Assembly (NCBI GenBank): GCA_963592135.1
Contig: CAVAVP010000015.1
Span: 3,272-67,271, forward strand
Length of the DNA stretch: 64,000 nt
Source of the DNA: a bacterium
GTDB taxonomy: Bacteria > Bacillota > Clostridia > Christensenellales > UBA3700
Direction of reading: 5' to 3'
Positions within the stretch are counted from its first letter, which is position 1. Every line of letters starts with the position of its first letter. The position numbers and the translations under genes are program-made. The notes beneath the pieces are model-generated. The model ran no database searches. It had not been told where the DNA came from and saw only the letters and a list, made by a program, of their open reading frames with translations. Below are positions 57,643 to 64,000 of the stretch, piece by piece.

Positions 57643-59019
57643 ATGAACGATAAAATGTGGCAAGGCCGCTTTACAAAAGAATTAGATAGTAGAGTTAATG
57701 ATTTTAACTCTTCTATTTCTTTTGATTGCCGTCTTTATAAGGAAGATATTACTGGAAGTATTGCTCATGCAACAATGCTAGGCAATCAGGGAATTATTGC
57801 AAAAGAAGATAGTCAAGCTATTGTTAAAGAATTAAAAAATATTTTAGAAGAGTTGGAAAGTGGCAAACTTCAATTTGATATGACTGCTGAGGATATCCAT
57901 ATGTTTGTTGAAGCTGAACTTACAAAGAGGCTAGGTGTTGTAGGAAAAAGACTTCACACAGCGCGCAGCAGAAACGATCAAGTTGCTTTGGATGGAAAGA
58001 TGTATGTAAAGAATCAAATAATTGAAATTAAAGCTCTATTAAAGGCTCTAATAGGTACTTTACTAAACATTGCAGAAAAAAATCTAGATACAGTTATGCC
58101 TGGATATACACATATGCAAAGAGCACAACCGGTTACATTTGCTCATTATATGATGGCATATGTTGAAATGTTTAAAAGAGATTTAAAAAGATTAGATAAC
58201 GCATATGAGATAATGGATTTAATGCCACTAGGTTCTGGTGCGCTTGCGTCTACTACATACAATATAAATAGAGAAGAAGTAGCATCTCTTTTAGGATTTA
58301 AGAGTGTAACGTTAAATAGTTTAGATGGTGTTTCAGATAGAGATTTTTGTATGGAAACAGCATCAGATTTATCTATTTGTATGGTTCATCTATCTAGATT
58401 AAGTGAAGAAATTATCTTATGGTGTAGTTGGGAATTTAAATTTATTGAACTTGATGATGCGTATGCGACAGGATCATCTATTATGCCACAAAAGAAAAAC
58501 CCAGATATAACAGAGTTGGTTCGTGGAAAAACGGCAAGAGTTATAGGAGATTTAAATACTCTTCTTGTTATGATGAAAGGAATTCCTCTTGCTTATAATA
58601 AAGATATGCAAGAGGATAAAGAGGCTATATTCGATGCAATAGATACTGTAAAGATGTGCTTGAAGACTGTAATTCCAATGCTTGAAACAATGAAAGTTAA
58701 CAAAGAAAATATGTTAAAAGCAGGACAAAAAGGTTTTATTAATGCAACAGATTGTGCGGATTATTTAGTTAAAAAAGGTCTTGCGTTTAGAGATGCGTAT
58801 AAGATAACAGGAACACTTGTTGCAAAATGTATTGAACTAAATGAAACTTTAGATTCACTTCCAGTTTCTGAATATAAGAAAATATGCGATGTCTTTGAGG
58901 AGGATATTTATAACGAAATTTCGCTAAATGTGTGCGTTAAAGGAAGAAAAGTTGTTGGAGGCCCAGCACCTGAGACTGTAAAGAATCATATAGATAAAGT
59001 TAGAAAAGAATTGAAATAA
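57643..59019 (+). CDS. argH: Argininosuccinate lyase
   Basis: MWQGRF N-terminus, TARSRNDQV, and the fumarate-lyase signature GSSIMPQKKNPD. Confidence 0.95.
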   Translation: MNDKMWQGRFTKELDSRVNDFNSSISFDCRLYKEDITGSIAHATMLGNQGIIAKEDSQAIVKELKNILEELESGKLQFDMTAEDIHMFVEAELTKRLGVVGKRLHTARSRNDQVALDGKMYVKNQIIEIKALLKALIGTLLNIAEKNLDTVMPGYTHMQRAQPVTFAHYMMAYVEMFKRDLKRLDNAYEIMDLMPLGSGALASTTYNINREEVASLLGFKSVTLNSLDGVSDRDFCMETASDLSICMVHLSRLSEEIILWCSWEFKFIELDDAYATGSSIMPQKKNPDITELVRGKTARVIGDLNTLLVMMKGIPLAYNKDMQEDKEAIFDAIDTVKMCLKTVIPMLETMKVNKENMLKAGQKGFINATDCADYLVKKGLAFRDAYKITGTLVAKCIELNETLDSLPVSEYKKICDVFEEDIYNEISLNVCVKGRKVVGGPAPETVKNHIDKVRKELK

Positions 59020-59036
59020 TTTTGAGTAGGCAATAT

Positions 59037-59082
59037 ATAGAGGTTATTTGGCAAAAAAAACAATAACCTCTATTTTTTTTTC
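59037..59082 (+). terminator. Rho-independent terminator after argH
   Basis: TAGAGGTTATT ... AATAACCTCTA forms an 11-bp stem, followed by T9. Confidence 0.75.
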
Positions 59083-59199
59083 CAATTTGTATATAAATTA
59101 AATATGGACAAAATATGTTTTATAAATATTCAATAAAATGAATAAAAATTAATAAATAAAAAATTCTTAAAAAAGGCATAAAAACTATAAAATTGGGTA

Positions 59200-59228
59200 T
59201 TGACACTATATTTTTGCTTTGGTACAAT
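59200..59228 (+). promoter_or_regulatory. hup promoter (extended -10)
   Basis: TTGACA (59200-59205), 17-nt spacer, TGgTACAAT (59220-59228). Confidence 0.6.
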
Positions 59229-59352
59229 GTAGTTGTGGATGGATAAGGGGGGAAAGCTCGATATTCCAAGAAAATAGGTCTATCCATACAAAAAAATAAT
59301 CGTTGTATATATACAACACAAAAACTAAATTTATAAGGAGAATTTGGAAATT

Positions 59353-59622
59353 ATGAATAAGACAGATTTAATCGCAGCAGTTGCAGATGCAGCTAAGATC
59401 ACAAAAGTAGACGCAGAAAAAGCAGTTAATGCTACAGTAGATTCTATTGTTGCAGCTTTAAAGAAAGGCGACAAGGTTGCTATCCAAGGATTTGGTGGCT
59501 TCGAAGTTAAGACAAGAGCAGCTAGAGTTGGTAAACACCCACAAACAGGTGCTAAGATTACTATCCCAGCTTCAAAGACAGTAGCTTTCAAAGTTGGTAA
59601 GGCTCTTAAGGAAACTCTTTAA
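59353..59622 (+). CDS. hup: HU-family DNA-binding protein
   Basis: MNKTDLIAAVA...GFGGFEVKTRAARVGKHPQTG is the canonical HU arm. AAGGAG RBS before ATG 59353. Confidence 0.95.
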   Translation: MNKTDLIAAVADAAKITKVDAEKAVNATVDSIVAALKKGDKVAIQGFGGFEVKTRAARVGKHPQTGAKITIPASKTVAFKVGKALKETL

Positions 59623-59648
59623 TAGTTAATTTAATTATCGAGAAAATT

Positions 59649-59679
59649 AAGCACTTAGAAATCTAGGTGCTTTTTTTTA
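59649..59679 (+). terminator. Rho-independent terminator after hup
   Basis: AAGCACTTAG-AAAT-CTAGGTGCTT stem-loop (one G-U pair) followed by a T-run. Confidence 0.7.
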
Positions 59680-59683
59680 CATT

Positions 59684-60160
59684 ATGATTTATAATCATCT
59701 TATGGAAAAGATTAAAAATAGAAAACAAAAAGCTTTTGATTTATTTACACAAGGATATTGTTGCGCTCAAGCTGTTGCCGGAGCCTTTTCGGATTTAGTT
59801 AATATCTCCGAAGATGATTTATTAAATTTGTCTTGTTCTTATGGCGCAGGATTTTCAGGTACAAGAAATTTGTGTGGTGCTGTATCTAGCATTGGACTCG
59901 TTTTAGGTCTTGTAGATAAAATTGAAAATATAAAGCCACAAGATAAGCAACTAGTATTTGCTAAAGTATCTTCCTTGGCTGGAGAATTTCAAGATAAAAA
60001 TGGCTCACTTATTTGTGCGGAACTTTTAAAAGGCGTAGCTGAAAAATATAAGAATTATACACTCCCTGTTGAAAATAAGGACGATAAGTTTGTAAGACCA
60101 TGTATTATTTTTGTGTTAGAGTGTGTTGATTTAATTGAAAAGTATTTAGAGAAGGAATAA
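59684..60160 (+). CDS. C_GCAxxG_C_C-family putative redox protein
   Basis: QGYCCAQAVAGAF, NLCGAVSS and SLICAELL Cys blocks. Start uncertain (59684 or 59702); no clear RBS for either. Confidence 0.6.
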   Translation: MIYNHLMEKIKNRKQKAFDLFTQGYCCAQAVAGAFSDLVNISEDDLLNLSCSYGAGFSGTRNLCGAVSSIGLVLGLVDKIENIKPQDKQLVFAKVSSLAGEFQDKNGSLICAELLKGVAEKYKNYTLPVENKDDKFVRPCIIFVLECVDLIEKYLEKE

Positions 60161-60194
60161 AATATATTTGTCAATAAGAAAAAACTAGAATGAT

Positions 60195-60232
60195 TCTAGA
60201 AAGCACATATTACGTGTTTTCTAGTTTTTTTA
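60195..60232 (+). terminator. Rho-independent terminator
   Basis: TAGAAAGCAC-ATATTAC-GTGTTTTCTA stem-loop (one mismatch) followed by GTTTTTTTATT. Confidence 0.55.
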
Positions 60233-60296
60233 TTCTTGAATAATAAAATATAATATATTATTATATTAATGTTGAATTGAAAAGGAGAAGGATACT

Positions 60297-61604
60297 ATGA
60301 AAATAGCAAACGAGTATGCAAAAGACTACAAAGTTCAAGAACAAACTGACTTTGCAGTAAAGGGAATTACTGATATTTGTAATGATATCGGTCCAAGACG
60401 CCCAGGTTCGCCAGAAGAATTAAAGGCACAAGAATATATGGGCGATTTAATGAAGAAGTATTGTAATAAAACAGAAATTGAATCATTTACTCTTCACAGA
60501 CAAGGATTTATGGGATTTATTCCGTTTACTGTTGTTTGTGGTGTAGCTTCAGTTTTTGTAAATGCATTTGCTTCATCTTTAATAGCTTTTATTTTGTGCG
60601 TTCTAGCATTTGTTCCTTTTGTCTTGGAATTTATTATGTATAAAGAATTTGATGATTGTTTATTCCCAAAACAAACATCTCATAACTTAATTAACACAGT
60701 ATCTCCAAAGGGAGAAGTTAAGAAAAGATTTGTTTTAATTGGCCATTCAGATAGCCAATTTAACTGGAATATAAATGAATTATTTGGTAAGTTTACGGAA
60801 AAGGGTGGACTTCTTGCAAAATTATTAGTAGAAGTTCCCGCAGTTGTAGGACTTGTAATTCAAACAATTTTTGCACTTGTATCATTTATTGCAATAATGG
60901 TTCAAGGAGAAGGTATAATGACAGGTGTTTTAAACTCACGATTAGACTCTTATTGGTTTTATGTATTATTCTTTGTTGTAAGCTGTGTGTTTATTCCATT
61001 TGAAATTTCGTTTATTTTCTTCCAAGATTGGAAAAAATCAGTTCCTGGAGCTTCTGATAACTTATCGGGCTGTTTCGTAGGCATGTCTGTTTTAAAGGCT
61101 CTAAAGGAAGCAGGAGTAGAGTTTGAAAATACTGAACTTAGAATGATTTGCTCAGGTTCAGAGGAGGCAGGTCTTCGTGGTGCTAAGGCATACGCTAAGG
61201 CTCATGAACAAGAATTAAAAGATATACCAACAGTTGTTATTGCTATTGATACATTTAGAGATTTAGAGGATATGGCAATTTATGATAGAGATTTATCTGG
61301 AACATTACAGCATGATTGGGGTGCCAAATATCTAATAAAGAATGCTGCATTAAATTGCGGTAGAGATTTAAAATTTGAATCAATTTATGTAGGTGGTTCT
61401 GATGGTGCTGCATTTACTCAACGTGGTGTTAAAGCTACAACTCTTGCAGCTATGAACCCAGATCCTCCAACATATTACCATACAGTTAATGATACTCCAG
61501 AAAATTTAAGACCAGAAGCAATTACAGCTGGTATTGAAATTCTAATTGAAGCTGTTTGTATGTATGATAAAGAAGGTTTACCAGAAAAACCTGAAAACAA
61601 ATAA
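60297..61604 (+). CDS. M28-family metallopeptidase with interleaved transmembrane segments
   Basis: Zn-ligand blocks LIGHSDS, GASDNLSG, SEEAGLRG and YYHTVNDT. About 4-5 hydrophobic helices lie between the first two blocks. RBS AAAGGAGAAGG. Confidence 0.7.
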   Translation: MKIANEYAKDYKVQEQTDFAVKGITDICNDIGPRRPGSPEELKAQEYMGDLMKKYCNKTEIESFTLHRQGFMGFIPFTVVCGVASVFVNAFASSLIAFILCVLAFVPFVLEFIMYKEFDDCLFPKQTSHNLINTVSPKGEVKKRFVLIGHSDSQFNWNINELFGKFTEKGGLLAKLLVEVPAVVGLVIQTIFALVSFIAIMVQGEGIMTGVLNSRLDSYWFYVLFFVVSCVFIPFEISFIFFQDWKKSVPGASDNLSGCFVGMSVLKALKEAGVEFENTELRMICSGSEEAGLRGAKAYAKAHEQELKDIPTVVIAIDTFRDLEDMAIYDRDLSGTLQHDWGAKYLIKNAALNCGRDLKFESIYVGGSDGAAFTQRGVKATTLAAMNPDPPTYYHTVNDTPENLRPEAITAGIEILIEAVCMYDKEGLPEKPENK

Positions 61605-61624
61605 TTTTTAAAAAGATGTTTTTT

Positions 61625-61659
61625 AAGCGTAGCAATTAAATGCTACGCTTTTTTGTTTT
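61625..61659 (+). terminator. Rho-independent (bidirectional) terminator between convergent genes
   Basis: AAGCGTAGCA-ATTAAA-TGCTACGCTT forms a 10-bp stem, followed by TTTTGTTTT. The stem overlaps the stop codon of the minus-strand GH2 gene. Confidence 0.7.
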
Positions 61660-64000
61660 CATCTAACTTAACATCTTGTGGAATTTTTCCATGATATAAA
61701 GCATTTCCGATATTAATAGGGGATAAATAAACTTTTAATTTATTTTTTAATATATTAAATTTGTTTTTGCTAAACTTGATATCCGAAAGGCTAAATGTGG
61801 ATATGCTATTTATTAACTCCTCTATAGATAAATTTTTATCCCTTTTTATTGTGATAACTTTACTTTCATTAGGTAAGATATCAAAGAAATTATCACTAAA
61901 AGGTAAAAACGATTTATCACTTTCTATCTTTACAAGTCTTGCATATGCATCACTTTTTAATGTGATTTCGATATAATCACCCATATTTGTAATTTTTGTT
62001 TCAATATGAGCTTTTGGTAAAGAAAGATTTTTTTCGTTATCTAAAAGCAAGGTCTTTTGTTGAATTAAATTATCATTTTCATCAAATAAATTAAAACAAA
62101 TGCCTGTTTTCTTGTAGTTATAAACCTTTTTAAACTGTTTTAAATCAATATTAAATACGCACTCATTAGTTAGTTTTTCAATATCTAATATTTTTGTTTC
62201 TCTACTGCATGCGCCTTTCGTAAAATTAAATACTAAATATTCAATTTTAACCTTTTTATTCTCGTTTAAATCGTTTAAAACATAAGTTTTAATATAATCC
62301 TTGGAATCTTCAATAGAAACGCTTAGTGGGGCGTTAAAATGCTTTGCGGTATATTGCAGTGCTTTATAGTTTCCAAAGTAGTCAATGCTTGACCAAGAAC
62401 ATACTGGCCAGCAGTCATTAAATTGCCAATACATTGAACCATTACATCTACCTTTGTTTCGTCTCCAGTGTTCTGTTGCATCTGCAATACAGTTGCTTTG
62501 AGTTACTTGAGATAGATATATCATGTCATTAAATTTTTTAGGCAAGTTAAAACGAGAAGCAACATAGTAAACGATTTTATCATTACCGTTTGCGCATTTT
62601 TGGTGAGCATTAAATACTTCATTATCAAGTGAGTAATTGCCTTTGTTTTCCGCAAAGATATCTATAGTTTTTGCATCTGGTAAACTTTCAAAGCCAAATT
62701 CGCTACAAAAGCGAGTCATACGTTTTCTATAGTAATTCATAGGCTTAAGTCCATGCCAAACTGCCCAAATGTGTGTATCTCCAACATTATCACTACCAAC
62801 ACCAACATTGTGTTTTTCACCTACTGGTGAACCAGGAGTGTAAGGGGTTAATGTATCATATTTTCTTATTTCGTTTTCAAGAATGTGATAGAAGAATTTT
62901 TCAGTCCATTCAACATATTTTGACATAGTAAACCATGCCATATGCATATCTTCAATTTCGTTATTTCCATTCCAAAGAGCAAGGGAAGGGTGATGGTGCA
63001 ATCTTTTAACATTGTACTTTACTTCTTTTTTTACATTTTCTAAAAAGTCATCATTAAAAAACGGATATGCTTGGCATGCAAATTGAAAATCCTGCCAAAT
63101 TAAAATCCCTCTTTCATCACAAGTATTATAAAACTCATCACTTTCGTAATATCCGCCACCCCAAACTCGAATCATGTTCATATTTGAAAATTGAACAGCA
63201 TCAAGTATATAGTCTAGCTTTTCTTTATTAAATCTTGTTATAAAGCTATCAGGTGGAATGTAGTTTGCTCCTTTAATAAATAAAGGAATGCCATTTAAAA
63301 TGAATTGGAAGTTACGTCCATATTTATCTAAACTTCTATTAAGTTCAATTGTCCTTATTCCAATTTTTTTACTTTGACTATCTAATATTTGTTCATTATT
63401 TCTTAATATTGCAGTTATTGTATATAGTGGTTGAGAACTGTTTTTAGATAAATCATAAGTCCACCAAAGTTCTGGATTTTTAATAACAAATTCAGTGCTA
63501 TTGCCTGTAACTTTTATTGTTTCTCCAGAAGGATGGGTGATACTTAATTCACATTCATAGTTTTTATCAAAAAATGAGTCTATATCTACATTTACTTTTA
63601 TATAAGCAACATTATCTTTAAGATGTTGCTCTATATTAAGATAGTCAATTTTAGCTGTATTTATAAACTCTATTTCAATATCTTTGGTTATTCCACAAAG
63701 TGGTAGTACAGGACCCCAGTCCCATCCAAAATGGCTTTGAGGTTTACGAATATGAACTATACCATTTTGGCCATTAGAATTTACTGGAGTTGGACATTTT
63801 TTATATTCCTCTAATACATACTTTACAGGAGACTTAAATAGAATATGTATTTCATTTTCTCCAATATTTAAAAGTGATTTAATACTTTTAGTGTAGCCAG
63901 TAAAACAATTATTTCCTTCAAATAAGAACTTAGAATTTATATATACGCTACATATAGTATCAAGCGTTTTGCAATTTAAAAGAATTTCGTCATATTCTAG
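61643..64000 (-). CDS. GH2 beta-mannosidase, 5'-truncated by the window edge
   Basis: Blocks NMIRVWGGGYYE, WQDFQFACQAYP, LWNGNNE (acid/base region) and FCSEFGFES (nucleophile region). I walked the minus-strand frame from 63182 to 64000 and found no stop and no Met, so the gene continues beyond the window. The track start at 63181 is only the first Met. Confidence 0.85.
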   Translation of the reverse strand, partial: LEYDEILLNCKTLDTICSVYINSKFLFEGNNCFTGYTKSIKSLLNIGENEIHILFKSPVKYVLEEYKKCPTPVNSNGQNGIVHIRKPQSHFGWDWGPVLPLCGITKDIEIEFINTAKIDYLNIEQHLKDNVAYIKVNVDIDSFFDKNYECELSITHPSGETIKVTGNSTEFVIKNPELWWTYDLSKNSSQPLYTITAILRNNEQILDSQSKKIGIRTIELNRSLDKYGRNFQFILNGIPLFIKGANYIPPDSFITRFNKEKLDYILDAVQFSNMNMIRVWGGGYYESDEFYNTCDERGILIWQDFQFACQAYPFFNDDFLENVKKEVKYNVKRLHHHPSLALWNGNNEIEDMHMAWFTMSKYVEWTEKFFYHILENEIRKYDTLTPYTPGSPVGEKHNVGVGSDNVGDTHIWAVWHGLKPMNYYRKRMTRFCSEFGFESLPDAKTIDIFAENKGNYSLDNEVFNAHQKCANGNDKIVYYVASRFNLPKKFNDMIYLSQVTQSNCIADATEHWRRNKGRCNGSMYWQFNDCWPVCSWSSIDYFGNYKALQYTAKHFNAPLSVSIEDSKDYIKTYVLNDLNENKKVKIEYLVFNFTKGACSRETKILDIEKLTNECVFNIDLKQFKKVYNYKKTGICFNLFDENDNLIQQKTLLLDNEKNLSLPKAHIETKITNMGDYIEITLKSDAYARLVKIESDKSFLPFSDNFFDILPNESKVITIKRDKNLSIEELINSISTFSLSDIKFSKNKFNILKNKLKVYLSPINIGNALYHGKIPQDVKLDENKKA

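Noticed and set aside
59331-59591. 86-aa minus-strand ORF
   Set aside because: It is antisense to hup. The Ala/Thr-rich mirror translation is typical for the HU antisense frame.
63179-63181. ATG at 63181 as the start of the GH2 gene
   Set aside because: The minus-strand frame stays open with no stop from 63182 to the window end and encodes GH2-like sequence (...GANYIPPDSF...). The true start lies outside the window.
1-64000. Search for CRISPR arrays, tRNA/rRNA genes, IS elements, integrases and prophage blocks
   Set aside because: I saw no regularly spaced direct repeats, no cloverleaf-like GC-rich segments in intergenic regions, and no transposase, recombinase or phage structural genes among the ORFs.

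Overview
AT-rich (by eye about 30% GC) chromosomal segment from a low-GC Gram-positive bacterium (Bacillota). The rplU-prp-rpmA operon with an N-terminally extended L27 supports that lineage. Genes are densely packed and use standard code 11; TGA is a stop, for example at the maf end. I saw no rRNA, tRNA, CRISPR array, transposase or integrase. Housekeeping content: a heterodimeric ABC exporter, Ppx/GppA, Maf plus a divergent MreB-like protein, ROK glucokinase, a radical-SAM/DUF2344/RNase G block, rplU-prp-rpmA, NadE, MazG-like, argG-argH and HU. Carbohydrate content: GH38 alpha-mannosidase, a 3'-terminal part of a GH2 beta-mannosidase, and a ~15 kb AraC-flanked locus. That locus combines the hexuronate pathway (eda, kdgK, uxaC, uxuA, uxuB) with three Gfo/Idh/MocA oxidoreductases, a GDPD-like protein, a TIM-barrel isomerase, a cupin, an (alpha/alpha)6 glycosidase-like protein, a GPH symporter and a lipoprotein. 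Best candidate for an undescribed system: a minus-strand operon at 5984-10629. It encodes an 856-aa doubly anchored protein with a four-fold module repeat, a small secreted beta-rich protein, and a SipW-type signal peptidase with a long C-terminal extension. A divergent XRE regulator, a structured leader and operator-like repeats accompany it, so it is reminiscent of tapA-sipW-tasA/SinR but differs in order and components. Other points worth a second look: an HTH-like N-terminal extension fused in frame to NadE; a 2.2 kb accessory islet (ADP-ribosylglycohydrolase plus two unknowns) between rng and rplU; a condensation-domain protein coupled to an LMW phosphatase; a decayed Phd-like antitoxin/zeta-like toxin (Phd/zeta-type) toxin-antitoxin (TA) pair; and three lipoproteins of unknown function. 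All functional calls come from motif recognition by eye. No database search was run.
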